A DNA stretch of 64,000 nucleotides. Origin: Porphyridium purpureum. Taxonomy: Eukaryota. The notes beneath the pieces were generated by a model. The model worked only from the letters and a program-made list of their open reading frames with translations. It was not told the DNA's origin and ran no database searches. Of this stretch, positions 1 through 12,778 are shown piece after piece. How positions within the stretch are numbered: position 1 is the stretch's first letter; each line of letters starts with the position of its first letter. Position numbers and translations under genes: made by a program. The stretch spans positions 2,294,001 through 2,358,000 of the forward strand of contig VRMN01000002.1 in the NCBI GenBank assembly GCA_008690995.1, written 5' to 3'.

Positions 1-177
1 TGGTCCGGTTGTGTGATACGCGCATGAATGAACGCATGCATGCACGCACATATGCACGCACTCACTCACTCATGCGTAGACGGTGGCGGGGGAACGTGTG
101 TGTATGTGTAGATTGCTTGGGTCATTGAGAGGGAGACAAACGCGCGCGTGACGTGGCAGCAGCACGACCGCGGACCA

Positions 178-3100
178 TGAGTTCGATTCAAGAGCGCCTG
201 GCCAAGTTTCAGGCGGACCAGGCACCCGCGCCGGTGGCTGCGGCGGGGAAGGGCGGCGCGGTAGCCGCGCGCGCCTCCATGTTTGACCAGGCCGCGGCGC
301 CGCCCGGAAATGCACCGAAGCCATTCGCCCGAAACGGTTCGGATTCTGGCTCGGGCTCCGGTTCCGGCCATGGCTCGGGCTTGACCGCGGCAAGGATGCG
401 GAAAGCGTGGGAAAAGGACTCAGCGTCTTCTCAATCCCTCGCATCGTTTCCAAAGCTCGGCTCGGGAGCAATGGACATCGACCGGACGCCGCAGAAAGAT
501 GCCGAAGCGGAGCCACGCTTGCCGTCCGTGAACGCCACAAAATCATTGTGGGAAAAGACAATGAAAGAAAAGGAAGAACGTGATCTCGAAAAGGAACGTG
601 CGATGAGGGAAGTCAAGCAAGCCGCTCGAGGCTCTGGCTCGAAACCTGCTGACGGGCTCTCTCGCGAGCGCTCGGTTGAGGTCGAGTCGGCTGTGGGCTC
701 AGTTTCCCTAGCCGCCTCATCGGGGCAAGCTGTGCGAGCCAATTCACCAGAGACATCTGTTGCAGCGGCGACAGTGGCGGCACCGGTCAGTGCCAAGCTC
801 TCTATATGGGAAAATGCGCTCAAGGAAAAAGAAAAGCGTGATACGTACGTCGAGCAGCTGGTGCATGAGGTCAAGAAGACATCCTTGAATCATTCACCAG
901 TGGACAAAGCGGCAGAGCCTCAGGCTGCACCCGGCGATTCCACGAAGGCTACGAGAACTTCAAAGCCGACAACGGCACCCGACACAGCCGGGTCCGCGAA
1001 ACAGCCAAGACCGACGCCCGCGTCGAACGTGCGCGCCGAGCGACAAAGGACAGACACAGAAGCTCCGAAAAAGGAATCCACAAAGTTGCAAGCCAAGTCG
1101 GTCGCTGAAGCGGCGGGCGTCGCTGCGGTCTCCTCTGCGACTGCGACGACAGCCAAGCCTAGGAAGAAGAAGAGTACCAAAAAGGCCGTCAAGACCGTGA
1201 CTGCGGTCTCGGCCGACTCTGAGGGCGCTTCGGGAGAGCTGAGGACCACTCGGTCAGTGGGATCCGAGAATCAGTCTTCGGGCACGCTGGGAAAAGTGCC
1301 ATCTATTTCGTCTGCAGAGGTCAAGGCTCCCGTCAGCGCACCGCGAAGAACAGCCCCGGTGGCAGCCGCGCTTCAACCTTCTGGTTCGGCAGGCACTGTG
1401 GTTGAAAGTGTCGACGAAGTCGACGTAGAAGCGTCCACGGAGGCCGAGGTGGCAGACTTCCAGGGACATGAAGAAGATTCAGAGTGGTTTGAGGAGAAGC
1501 AGGCGCGGTTGCGTCTTGCGGAACAACAGCTCGAGGCAAACATCGGCGTGGATGAGGTAGTCGAGGTGTTGGGACTCTGGGGTGAAGACAAGCAGGGAGC
1601 GGGTCGCCAAGAGCTGTACAATAAGGAAGCGCTAGACCGGCTGCTGATGCCTTCGTTCGATCCTTCGGCCGGACTTTTGGATGACAGCGATGCCGACTTG
1701 GAGCGAGCGAAGCGCGAAGAGCTGGAAGATCAAGAGCGCATGTTTCGGAATAAGCTGCCGTCGCGGAAGGACGTGGCTACGCGTATCATCAGCAAGGACG
1801 GCAGCGTCGGAAGCTTTGGCGAGCTAATGCAGATGAGCGGCAGCGTGCATGAATTCCAGTCGACCGAGCTCAGCAAGAAGTCTTTGAATGATGTTGTGAA
1901 CGGCATTTCGAATCCGAATGCGGGGATGACGGTACGAAAGTCAGTTCGTATCAGTGACGGTAATGACGGGTCTATGAGCATCGACATGGTCGGCCCTCGT
2001 TCGCAAACGGAGCGCGCCGCTACGGGGAACAAAGCGCAAGGTGGAACTGGCCCAAACAAGCCGGTGATCCGCCCTCCGTCGCATCCTGATTATGCAGCCT
2101 TTACCGAAGTTGATCTCAAAGGAGAGCCCGGCATGAAGGAGCGACCCAGTGTACGCGACTCGTACATGCGCTTTACGCTTGACACAGCCAATAACGGCGC
2201 CGCCGGGTCGCGAGGCGTGTCCAAACAAAAGGCGATGGAGTCACGCGGGGATAGCAACGTGCGACGCGACCGGACAAGGAGCCGCGGAGGTGAGCTTTTG
2301 TCAAAGGCATTCACGGGCGCGAAGGACCAGAGGGAGAGGAGCTTTGACGACGGCGAAGGAGATGAAAGCCGCAAGCGCGCCGAGTCGCGTGCGAGAACAT
2401 TCAGTCGAAACTTGATGGGAGTAGGCAGGAAGAGTGACGGCAGCGCGAACCCGGGAAAAGTGCGTACCTTCACCAAGAACGTTTCTAATGCTCTCACGGC
2501 CAAGACAGACACGGACGGTCTTTTTGACCGTCGCGCCAAGAGCGGCGGCCATGTTCCAAAGAGTACGTGGAGGCAAGCCGTGGCAGCGGGGCAGAAGGAC
2601 GGCACCTCTTCCATGATGCGAATTTGTCCCGTGCCAAATGATCGAAAGATTGACTTTACGCCAGTGGGTGCGCGCACCGCGCTCGACCTTTTCGCATTCA
2701 CGAACAATGGAATCCGCAAGGACCTGCAAGACCTTTTTTTGATTCTGCACAGTCTGGGCTCGCGGCTGGTGGATGGCAACCTAAAGGCAGCGGCCACTTT
2801 CTTTGAGTGGTGGGCGACCACGCGCGTAGTGATTGTGGAGGCGATGGAGATGCGCGAACGCATTGTGTTTGGCCGCCTAGAAGATGCTGGCGCCGGACTG
2901 ATGTTTGACTTGAGCGGCCCCAAGCGCGCCGCGCGTTCGTCAGCAGTGTACAAGATTATCGGAGCAATCGACGAGCTGGAGCTTAGCTTTGTGGGCCAGG
3001 ACAATGATAACTGCTTTGTGGAGTTAGTTGAGTCGGCGTGTAACATACGCGATGCACTCATGGCCGAGTTTGCAGTGTGCGAAAGCGATGGCGCCGCGGC

Positions 3101-3383
3101 GCTCGAGCAGGCGCTCCAGGGTTCGCACATGCTCGCGCTCGAGGCAGAGCTCTACGAGGCGTACTTCAAGAGCCAGCACGCGGAGGACATGCTTTCAACG
3201 TGTGTCAACTGGATCGACAATCCTGGCGTGTTTGAGGTGTTTGAGAGTCGGCACCTTCGTGGGATGCGCCGCGTCCGGTTCAAGAAAATGCACAAGCGCT
3301 ACCAGGCCAATCATGTTCAGCTCGCTCGCAATCTCGTTGCACCCGCAGACGAATCTGCGACGCCGTGGTTGGGCATGAAGTGA
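178..3383 (+). CDS. Large low-complexity protein with C-terminal helical, degenerate hemerythrin-like domain
   Basis: Uninterrupted ~1068-aa ORF from ATG 178. The N-terminus is disordered and Ala/Ser/Lys-rich. The C-terminal globular part (DLFAFTNNGIRKDLQDL...FFEWW...ERIVFGRLE) resembles a hemerythrin-like bundle without the usual His ligands. Confidence 0.7.
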
Positions 3384-3553
3384 TCTTGAGCTTTTGACGT
3401 GAAGCTTGGGCTACTGGAACCCATACACCAGCGTCTGGTCTTAAGCGCATCCCAGCTACAAGTCAAAGTCTCAGCATTATTGAAAGAAGAAGAAAAAAAA
3501 AAATACAAGAGCAAACTAACTCGAACACGCGACTCTTACGTTACGGGGACCGT

Positions 3554-4972
3554 TCAGCTGATGCATGAGGTTGGATTCGACCACCCGTCACAAGCGGTGG
3601 AGACTTCTTGTTCGTCGTAAGCTTGGTGTTCGCTCATCCCTAAGTTTGAGATGACAGCTGTTGCGCCGCGCACCATGAAGTCCGGATGCGTTTCATCTAG
3701 AGCATCTACCTCCACTTTGACGGGTGCCGCGCTGCCGTTGCGGCGGCCAGGGATCTGATACATCACATCTTGAAACACAGACTCGACAATTTTTCGCAGC
3801 CCACGCGCGCCACCCGACTCGACTGCAGCCTTTGCGGCCATCCAGCGAAGCGCGCGCTCCGACACCTCGAGCTGTGCATTGTCCATGGCGAGCAAGGACG
3901 CGAACTGTTTCATAAGCGCGTTCTTGGGCTTTGTGAGCACATGCACCAGCTGGTCCAGACTGAGCGGTTGCAGCGTCGTGTGCACGTGCAGGCGACCAAG
4001 CAGTTCCGGGATCATGCCGAACGCCAGAAAATCTGACGTGATAGCAAAATCCAAAATACTGAGCTTGTCCTTTCTCAGCTGGCGCCAAAAGTCGTCCTCA
4101 TGCTCGATGTGCCGGAACCGACTGGAGCTGCGCACGCGGTTTGCGATCACTTGCTCGAGGCCATGAAACGAACCTCCGCAAATGAACAAGATATTAGAAG
4201 TGTCAACTTGCACAAACTCGCCGCGCGGGTTTTTTCGACCGCCCTTTTCCGGTACGTTGACCACCGATCCTTCGAGCATTTTCAGCAGCGCCTGCTGTAC
4301 GCCCTCGCCAGACACGTCTCGAGTGATCGACACGTTCTCCGCCTTGCGGGCTATCTTGTCAATTTCATCAATATACACCACGCCGCGCTCCGCGGCCGCC
4401 ACATCGTGGTTCGCCGCGATGAGAAGCTTGTGAAGAATGGACTCGACGTCCTCACCTACGTAGCCGGCCTGCGTGATCGACGTCGCATCCGCCATTGCAA
4501 AAGGGACGCCTAGCTCGCGCGCCAGACTGCGCGCAAGTAGTGTCTTACCACACCCCGTTGGGCCAATCATCAGCACGCACGATTTTTCCAACTCCACATC
4601 AGATTCCGGACTGCCCGACGTCGACGACAGCGATCCATCCCGTCTTGCCTTTGCCCGACTCTCCAGGTAGCCTTCAATGTCAAAGCCCGGATTGTAGTGG
4701 CTCTGGTGCAGCGCGCTCACGGCCGCCTGGAAACGGGTCATTTGCGAGCCTTTGAGCTGAACGTGCGGCAGGTGCACCTGATTCACAGGGCTCTGCTGGC
4801 TCAGGTGAATTCCGTAAGCGCCCGGAGTAGGGCCAGAGACATTCATTGACTGTCTATTGCCGCCGCTGCCACGATTGATCACACCCGTGTTGAGAAACAC
4901 GCCGCCTGCTTCTGGGCTGTGCCGAATGATGTTCAGCGAAGCGTGCTCAGTATTGACCTGGTGATGGATGTG

Positions 4973-5023
<51 letters not shown>

Positions 5024-5485
5024 ATTACTGCTACTGCTGTCGCCAATGGCAGTAATAGTGTTGGCAGCTGTGCGGTTACTGCTGCTCATGCTTTCGGCGC
5101 CATAGTGGAGTCCGTCCGCATCACTTCTGACTGATACATCACCCCAACCTTGCATTTTCAGGTGCCGCATGGTCTTGGCATTCTCAAATTGCAAGACGCG
5201 TTTGTAGTGGGTATACAGAGTGACAGCGAGCGTGCGCTTGGCGGCGTCCTGGCCCACAACATACAAATCCATAGCAGCGTGCAGCTCCCTTGGCGTGGGC
5301 AAGCTGCGCACGACGCGCCTGAGCGCCGAGTCGTGCTCGACGCGATGCTCAATTGGAGCGTCCGCGTGCGCATCCAGACTGCTTCCACTGCCTCTCCTTT
5401 CATCATCACTCAGCGCGGGCTGTTGCTCGCGTGGCTGCGCCGCTGGCGAAGCCGCGTGCGGGAGCGCGACGCGCCGGTCCGGCAC
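3554..5485 (-). CDS. clpX: ATP-dependent Clp protease ATPase subunit ClpX (organellar)
   Basis: [14 protein letters not shown]; Walker [18 protein letters not shown]; Walker [28 protein letters not shown]. The true start is uncertain because a presequence-like stretch lies in another frame from ~5609. Confidence 0.95.
4974..5023. repeat. (CTG/AGC)n microsatellite encoding poly-Ser in the ClpX insertion
   Basis: About 16 perfect trinucleotide units, seen directly. Confidence 0.95.
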
Positions 5486-6120
5486 GCCGCTGCTGCACTT
5501 CCGGACGCACGGCGGCCGCCAATGCGGCCGCGCGGTTCACCTGCCGAGCCGCCTGGCAGGCCACCAGGCACGCCGGGCGCGCCGCGCGCGCGGACCAGCC
5601 GACCAGCATGGTAGGCATCCTTTGCGCACGACCCCCACCTACTTCTGCTGCCACGCCAAAGAGTCGCGTTGCACGCGCGCGTCTAATTCTCCGCGCACGC
5701 AAAAAGCCTGTCGCGCAGCCGTTGGCACGCGCCTACTAAAACACGCCTGTTTTATGAGTCGGGCGCAGAAGTGAACCTACCACTGTACCGTCCGACCAAC
5801 TGCTTACATTGAGTTTAGCTGTACCCACTCGACAGCATTCACTGTACACCCACTTGAGGCGTTTTTGTGCGGGACGCATGGGGGGGAGACTGGGATGGGG
5901 CATTGGGGCGCGACATGGTCCGTGCGCCGCTGCACTTTGGCCGTCGCTTCATATAAGTGTGCGGCTTGCGGCGGCCTGCGGTATGTATCGCATTTCAATG
6001 CGTCTCCCGTGCAACACGCGGTCTAACAAAAATCAAAGTTAGTGTTTAATCGAACGAGTCACAGACTTTGCGCGTCCATGACGTTGTGTCAGGAACGCAG
6101 CACCCTTGCCAACTCGTGCA

Positions 6121-7131
6121 TCAGTGCCGGTTTTTCTCACGTGCAAAAGACACCGACTTGGCCTTCAGTTCCAGTGCGTCTATCGAGGTTACTTCCGATA
6201 GAGTTTCCACGGCGGCACGCAGCGACATGCGTCTGGGCGACATGGGATGCGCGCTCCACAGCGCATGAGCGCATGGCGTGGACGAACCATCGGCAACCGG
6301 CGAGCACGGAAACGCCGTGCGCGAAAACCCTTTGCTGATATTCAGGTGGCGATGCTCTCTCACGTCGGGGTGCTGACTGCCTTTCGGCGAGCACGCCTGG
6401 ATCGCAAAGCAGCCGCGCGGCGACTGCACTAGCACACTATTGACATCATTGCTCCCAATCGCCTCGGCTTTGCTTCGGCACGGCACCTCGTCAAGTCGCA
6501 AGTTCATCCCGCCGAGCGTCACGTTTGACAAGCGGCGGCGCGGCGTTCGAGGTGTACGCGGGGTCCGTGGATTTTGTCCGCCGCGTGGCGTCTTTGCGCG
6601 CCCCGCGGTGCAGCCGCGCCCACGTGGTGAAGGAGCCGAACTGCGATAGTGATGCGAGTGAGTATGTAGTTGCCGCCCCCGGCGCACCGGGCCGCGCGAT
6701 CGTGACCTTCTCCGGTGCCGGTCAAGCTCAACAACTCCACCTTTTGCGTCGTGGCCGAGTTCACCAGGACACTGTTCGCTCGCGTGTGATGACCGCGGCG
6801 ACGGCGCAAACGCACGCGCACGACTGTGTGCGTTGGATGCATCGCGCGTGCGAGTGCGGCCTTGTCTCTGCACGACGCGCCGCGAGTTCGAGCGTCGAAG
6901 TGAAGACCGCGGCGACGTCACGAACGCTCCGGTGTCGGTTGATTCTGCCGGAAGCGCGGAGAGCGAAGTTGGTGACTTGGCCGACAGCGCTTGGCTCCAC
7001 CTAAGCACCTGCGTCTGCAGCGCAATCAAAGAACTGGGGCTCTGCCAGGTCTCCCCGCTCCCGTAATTGTACTCGGTGTCTTGTTCCACCATTGCGTCCG
7101 GCACAAGCACAATAAGTTTCTTGCGCCCCAT
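6121..7131 (-). CDS. Hypothetical Arg/Ser/Pro-rich protein
   Basis: 336-aa ATG-started ORF with (TPR)n/SPR repeats and no recognised domain. Confidence 0.5.
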   Translation of the reverse strand: MGRKKLIVLVPDAMVEQDTEYNYGSGETWQSPSSLIALQTQVLRWSQALSAKSPTSLSALPAESTDTGAFVTSPRSSLRRSNSRRVVQRQGRTRTRDASNAHSRARAFAPSPRSSHASEQCPGELGHDAKGGVVELDRHRRRSRSRGPVRRGRQLHTHSHHYRSSAPSPRGRGCTAGRAKTPRGGQNPRTPRTPRTPRRRLSNVTLGGMNLRLDEVPCRSKAEAIGSNDVNSVLVQSPRGCFAIQACSPKGSQHPDVREHRHLNISKGFSRTAFPCSPVADGSSTPCAHALWSAHPMSPRRMSLRAAVETLSEVTSIDALELKAKSVSFAREKNRH

Positions 7132-8267
7132 GGTGAGCGGAGTCCTGACTCTATCTTATCCTGAGATGTCTGTGTGTTTCTGCTGAATGCGTCAATCGCT
7201 CCTGCTTTCTTGCTTGTCGCTCGCGCAAGTGCCAAGCGAAAGCACCCTGGGTCAGAGCTGGGTGTTAATGTGAAGACGCACACGGCTTGCATTGAATATA
7301 TAGTGCACGCCACGTGCGCTTGGGACCCACTTCATCCTGCGCACCGCAGCTGCAGCGCAAGTCCAAAAAAAGAAAGCCTCCGGCGCAAAGGTCTGTCGAA
7401 CGCACAGGCGCGCAAAAGGATAAGCGGACACGCATACGCATGCACGCATCATTCGATTAGCAGGTGCCGAAGATGTGGCCAACCCGTGAGCGGCCACACT
7501 GGCGCTGTTGGCTGGGGCGTGCACCATCCAACGCACCGTCGAATCCCACTCAGCAGTGCGGCGTGCACGTCCGCCAACATCGGGCAGGATCGCCGTCCAA
7601 CCACCGAGCTTCCGGTTACTGCGTTGCGAACACGTGGACGCTTTTCGTGCTTTATGGGTAAACACACCTATTTTAGAATAAAGCACGCGTTGGGGTTGAG
7701 CTGGTGATGACAACTCGTCGCTGCTGATGCGGCACGCGCCTGCATTGGCGTGGCTTGTGGTCGCACGAACGCCATGACCAAGGCGAGCAATTCGGAGAAA
7801 TCAAGCCGTGCCGTGAACATTGCCTTGTCCCGCGCCTGCACCACGCGCGCGCGCGCGCTCGCTCTTGGATGTTTTCAGCCCAAGTCGTGGCCATGTCCTG
7901 CGCCCGCCAGCATGGATCTTCATGTGTGGGCATGCCGAACAGCGTTTCGTAACCAGTTCCAACCCTCTCAGCATCTGCTGGATTGACGGCACCGCTCCTT
8001 GTCGGGTTGTCTGTCAAGATAGAAACAATCTCGGCGCGGCGGCGTTCTCGCGAGAGATTCAAAGACGTGGCCACGCGCGCCCTCGGCGCGCAGGGCGGAC
8101 ATGCCCTTGAGCGTTACCGCGAAAAACGGCGTGGCAAGCACAATGTGGACCAACGCCACATCCTCAGCCGTTCCGAAGGTCAGCACTGAATTTTGCTTTA
8201 GAAAAGTGTCATTCCATTTATAGACCGAAAGCAGCGCGAAAACCGCGAAATCTCCACGACGTCACGG

Positions 8268-10508
8268 TCACACATCGCAATCCTTGCCACGCGAGCCGAG
8301 AAGAGCCGAGCGCTCGGTCTCTGTCCCATTCGTGAGCGGCGAATAATTTCGATTGAACAAGCGTGCGAGTTCTGTTTCAGCAATTTCGTACGCAACAGGG
8401 CGGCCGTGCGGGCATGTCCGCCAGAGTATACACTCGCTCAAGTCGTCGAGCAGCGACTGGTACCATTCATAGCGGACCTTTTCGCGCGCTTCGTCAGTAA
8501 AGCTTGGCGGCGCGGCACACACCCGTGGTGGCTGCCCGTTTCGAATGGCCGCTCGGCAAGCAAGATCTGCTAGGACCGACTCGAAAGATCCCAGATCTGA
8601 AGCGCCAATCATGATCAAGCGCCTCAGCGTGTCGCCATCCTGTGATTCTAAATCCGGGAAGGGCACGCTCGTGAGCTCCAGGTCATAAAGGGCCGAGCGC
8701 ATGCCTTCAAGCTGCTGCAAGGCGGCTTCCTGTATGAGCTCATCATAATTGGCAAAGTTGAACCCGAACTGCAAAAGCTGCGCCAGTCTTTCTGGAGCTG
8801 AAGGGAGCAGCACATTTTCCACGCGTACCGGGAACGGAAGCGCCGCTCCACGTGTTGCCTTGGCATCCAGTCCGAGACACTGCTTGAAGTTTTCGAACAA
8901 AACGCGTTCATGCGCGACATGCTGTTCAATCAGAACTACCGAGTTTGCTTCCAGTCCGTTCGTTTCAGCGACAAGGTAGGTATTGAACAAGACGCCCTGG
9001 AGTGTCCATCTTCTCGCAGGAGTTTCGGCCGAGGAGCTTCCTCGCACTTGCTCCTTGCGGCGAATCAGCGTGTCTATAAGCTGGCTAGGTTCTGCGGGGG
9101 CCACATGAGCCCCAGCACACTCGCTTACAGCCTCCCGCACAGCCGAGTAAAAGGACGCTTCCAGTTCAGGCTCAAGGAGGAGCCCAAATGTGTGCTTGCT
9201 CGGGTGTAAATTCCAATTGACCCATCTTGATGGCACATCGAGCTGCACAAGAATGGCTGGAAACTTGCCGGTTGCTACGTTTCTCTTCATCGCTTCCTGC
9301 ACCAGCCGCCGGAGCACGGTAGGGACAAGAACAACGCGCCCGTTGATGGCAACGAGCATGTGACGAGCAGAGGACATCTGCATACGGTCTGGCGGTGCCA
9401 TGACCACGCGCACGTGACCAACGAAATCTTGGCTTCGTTCGTCCCCACCAAGGTTGAATTTTCGGACGAGGGACAGAAGCGAACTCGCATGCAGTAAATC
9501 CCACCGTTCGGCGCATCTTTCTCTTGATGAATGAACTGCGCCTACCTTCCAAATGCGCGGCGACTTGGCACTGCGCATGTGAAATTCAAACGCAACGTGT
9601 GGGTAGATGACGGCCGTATCCTTAACCAATAGCTGCGCCTGTGCGACTGCTGCAGTCGGCCGTCTTTGCCCATTCCACAGCTGTGGACGAAGCCTAGAGA
9701 GACGAACCGTGGTTCCGACCGTACGAGCAACGCCACGGATGGATTCTGGTATGCAGCTTCCGTCCCCACGAAACGAGGCCATCGTGGCGACCTGTGCGTC
9801 GGCGCACCGCGACGCCACAGTGAGTTGTTCACACACCTCGGCTGCTGCCCACAGCGCCTGACCTCGAAACCCAAGCGTACTCACGCCCTCCGCCAGTTCT
9901 TGAACGGTGCGCAGCTTGCTCGTCGCGTTACACTCCGCACAGCGCGGCACATCCTGCTCGCACATGCCGGCTCCATTGTCATGAACACTCACGCTCAAGC
10001 CTCCATCTTCTTCTTGATGGACTTCCACCACGATTCGCGACGCACCGGCGTCAATGGCGTTCTCCACCAGCTCACACACGACGGCCGCCAGGCTTCCCAT
10101 AACTTCGCCGGCAGCGATCCTCTGAATCACCGCCTTGTCCAAGACCCGGATGGTCACCGGCGGCGAGGAGTGCGTCTGCAGGCCCATCTGCACGCACGCG
10201 AGCGAGTGCGACGCCTGCTCGCGTGATCGTCGTCCGTTCCATTGGAGCGTCTCCCACTTGCACACAACTCGCGCGTGCAGACAGCGTTGACCTCGTGCGC
10301 TCAAAGTACCGCCGCGTTCACCGCACGGCGTCGTGCTCGTCTTGGATGCAGATGCTGCTGCTACTGGGGCTGAGTGCGCTACAAACGCTGCAATGGCGAC
10401 ACGCGCGAGCGCGGGTGCGGGCGTGGGTGGCGGCGGGAACTGCCGTGCGCTATTCGACGCGTTAATGCGCGCAACGCCGCGCAGTTCCGAGGCGACCGGC
10501 GGACACAT
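8268..10508 (-). CDS. mutL: DNA mismatch repair protein MutL, cyanobacterial type, probably organelle-targeted
   Basis: GHKL ATPase motifs [48 protein letters not shown]; endonuclease motifs [24 protein letters not shown]. Start is either 10508 or 10187. Confidence 0.92.
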   Translation of the reverse strand: MCPPVASELRGVARINASNSARQFPPPPTPAPALARVAIAAFVAHSAPVAAASASKTSTTPCGERGGTLSARGQRCLHARVVCKWETLQWNGRRSREQASHSLACVQMGLQTHSSPPVTIRVLDKAVIQRIAAGEVMGSLAAVVCELVENAIDAGASRIVVEVHQEEDGGLSVSVHDNGAGMCEQDVPRCAECNATSKLRTVQELAEGVSTLGFRGQALWAAAEVCEQLTVASRCADAQVATMASFRGDGSCIPESIRGVARTVGTTVRLSRLRPQLWNGQRRPTAAVAQAQLLVKDTAVIYPHVAFEFHMRSAKSPRIWKVGAVHSSRERCAERWDLLHASSLLSLVRKFNLGGDERSQDFVGHVRVVMAPPDRMQMSSARHMLVAINGRVVLVPTVLRRLVQEAMKRNVATGKFPAILVQLDVPSRWVNWNLHPSKHTFGLLLEPELEASFYSAVREAVSECAGAHVAPAEPSQLIDTLIRRKEQVRGSSSAETPARRWTLQGVLFNTYLVAETNGLEANSVVLIEQHVAHERVLFENFKQCLGLDAKATRGAALPFPVRVENVLLPSAPERLAQLLQFGFNFANYDELIQEAALQQLEGMRSALYDLELTSVPFPDLESQDGDTLRRLIMIGASDLGSFESVLADLACRAAIRNGQPPRVCAAPPSFTDEAREKVRYEWYQSLLDDLSECILWRTCPHGRPVAYEIAETELARLFNRNYSPLTNGTETERSALLGSRGKDCDV

Positions 10509-11517
10509 GAGCCCGACCAGGAAAACGTCGCGCGCGTCGGTGGCGCTGATTTTGCGGCCAGCTCACGGCGCGTGCTGGTCTGACGCAAAAGATAAGCCCA
10601 GCAGCAGCAGCAGCAGCAGCAGCAGGAGCGAAACGATGCAGCCCGCCTCAAACCCAAACCCGATTCAAAACGCAATCCCGAATCCTTCATTGGTTGTTTC
10701 GGGACCGGGCTCTCTCAGGCAATTAGAGCGCGCGCGACTGCAAGACCTGGAGGTGCTTTTTATCCAGCGTGCAGCTCGCAGCGATGATCCTTGGAGCGGC
10801 CACTTAGCGCTGCCTGGCGGTAAACGCGATGGGGGCGAAACCGATTTAGACACGGCTATTCGTGAGACATTGGAAGAGGTGGGCCTTGACCTTCGCGCAA
10901 ACTGGCAATGCTGCGGCCGTCTGAATGACCGCCGCGTGCCGAAGCGTACCGGGCGCTCCAATAAGCTTCCTCCAGCGTCCGATAATTTGGCCTACTGCAC
11001 GTTTGTCTTTCTGCAGGTGCGTGCGGAGCCTGTGCAGTTGCATTTGAACGAGGCCGAAATCCAGTCTGCATTCTGGGTCCCGCTCGACATATTCTCGAAA
11101 ACTGAGCTTGTGGACCGGCACGGCGTCATCCATACGGGCATTCATTTTTTTCCGTGGCTCAGGAAGCTCCTGCCACGGTTCCTGTTTGCCTACTTGAAAC
11201 TCGACGAAGTTGCGTTCCCAGCCGTCAATGTCTGGGAATATGCTGTGGACGTAGCTTACCCTGCACGCGGAAGCGCTGGTTCGGGTGCCCACAATAGGCC
11301 ACCCGCGTCGCCGCCTCCGCCACTGTGGGGGCTGACGCTCAGTGCGATCAGCGACTTTATTTCGCTGGACGGACGATACACGCGGCTGGACGTGCCACTC
11401 ATGGAACCACGTAATCGCGTGGTTCGTTTCTTCTACACATGGTTTGTGGAGCGCTCGCGCACCAAGACCAAGTCCATTCCGTCCTCAATCACGGATGCAA
11501 GTGATACAATTACTTGA
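10393..11517 (+). CDS. Nudix hydrolase, CoA-pyrophosphatase (NudL/PCD1)-like
   Basis: [28 protein letters not shown]; Nudix box [23 protein letters not shown]. Start is 10393 or 10507. Confidence 0.9.
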   Translation: MATRASAGAGVGGGGNCRALFDALMRATPRSSEATGGHMSPTRKTSRASVALILRPAHGACWSDAKDKPSSSSSSSSRSETMQPASNPNPIQNAIPNPSLVVSGPGSLRQLERARLQDLEVLFIQRAARSDDPWSGHLALPGGKRDGGETDLDTAIRETLEEVGLDLRANWQCCGRLNDRRVPKRTGRSNKLPPASDNLAYCTFVFLQVRAEPVQLHLNEAEIQSAFWVPLDIFSKTELVDRHGVIHTGIHFFPWLRKLLPRFLFAYLKLDEVAFPAVNVWEYAVDVAYPARGSAGSGAHNRPPASPPPPLWGLTLSAISDFISLDGRYTRLDVPLMEPRNRVVRFFYTWFVERSRTKTKSIPSSITDASDTIT

Positions 11518-12778
11518 ACAGGCAGAAGTCGCCGTGCGACGCGTGCGGGCTGCCGGGGGGTTGCATGTTAGCGACTGCATTCGCACCGGCGCGTCCGCCA
11601 GGCGGCGGTGCACGCACGCGCACCGGCGTCGCGTGAGGATCCTGCGCGCGGGCGTGCTCCTTTGCTGTCGAGAGGTCAAAGGGCTCTTCGTCGAAATGGA
11701 AGTCCCACTGTGGAAAGGTCGACGCTGGTCCCGCAAGGTGACGCTCTTGTGGTGGTGAGAAAGTGCCTGGTTCTGTACGCAAGAAAGCAAGTCCGTCAGG
11801 GCGCTCCAAAAGAAGTGCGCAGATTGGATCAGTAACAGCGCGGCGATTGGAAAGGGCTTACGCGATGCACGCGGAGCAAAAAGTTCGAATTCAAGCAACC
11901 GAAAAACATCAGCACCAACAGCTCGGAACGGGCGACGAAACTCCAACGTACCCTTTCTGGTCTTGCGGGGTGAGTACCCGGCGGTCCATGGACGATATGG
12001 CAGTGTGGTGACTGGGTCAGCACTGAGCCTCGATGGCGAGCGACAACGCGGTCCGCCAGCCCTTCCGTGATGCTCCACCTCTTTGCAGTTCTGACGCTGC
12101 GGAGGCAGTGCAGCCTGACGATCGCGTAAAGCCGCGAGCTCCTGCTGCAGTTTGCGCGCCTTGGCCGATTTTTCATGGTACGCGCCCTCGAGCTCGCGAA
12201 GTGTGACAAGGACATTCTGCAACTCAGCGCCAGCATCTTTGCATTTTAGCTGCTCTTGCGCAAGTGCCTGCTTGAGTGACTTGATTTCCTCGGCCTTGGA
12301 CTCGAGCTGTGAATCTTGCTGCGAGATCTTGACGCTTCGGGACTTGACTTCGTACTCCTTTTGCTTTGTCCAAAACTGCAAGCCGGCCATAAAGACGCTT
12401 GCCAGCTCTTCTGGCTCGAAGCCGAAGCATGCACGCGCGCGCTCTTTGATCAAGCCTGGAGACGGGCTGCACTGCATCTCGCGCACACCATCCTTTTGCA
12501 GAATGCGGCTGCACACGGGGCACGCGAGCACCGCCGTTAGTTTGGTGGTCGCGCATGCCCGACCTTTGCATTTGACAGCAAGAATCAAAATCAAGTGGTG
12601 AACAAACGATCACAAGTCAGCTCAGGCTGTGCCCATGCATTCATGTCTTCCTGTCGCGCTCGATTTTGTTGTTTGGACGGAACATGGCTGTGACATCCAA
12701 CCTACAGCACACATGCTGGCACGGTGTCATGCACACTGCCTGCTCGCCGAGCGTCTCCCAGCATACATTGCACAGCAT
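11510..12778 (-). CDS. HEI10: HEI10/CCNB1IP1-like meiotic RING E3 ligase (3 exons: 12778-12706, 12563-11862, 11772-11510)
   Basis: Manual splicing gives [29 protein letters not shown]...[10 protein letters not shown] (RING), then [18 protein letters not shown] and a coiled coil. Introns 12705-12564 and 11861-11773 are GT..AG with CTGAC branch sites. Confidence 0.82.

Noticed and set aside
7170..8200. Small gene between the hypothetical ORF and MutL
   Set aside because: Several short ORFs, none with recognisable motifs or a convincing splice model.
11485..12594. 369-aa ORF as annotated in the track
   Set aside because: It starts inside an intron and reads through a second intron; replaced by the spliced model.
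8268..12778. Meiotic MLH3-HEI10 gene cluster
   Set aside because: The MutL motifs look bacterial/organellar rather than MLH3, so the adjacency is probably coincidental.
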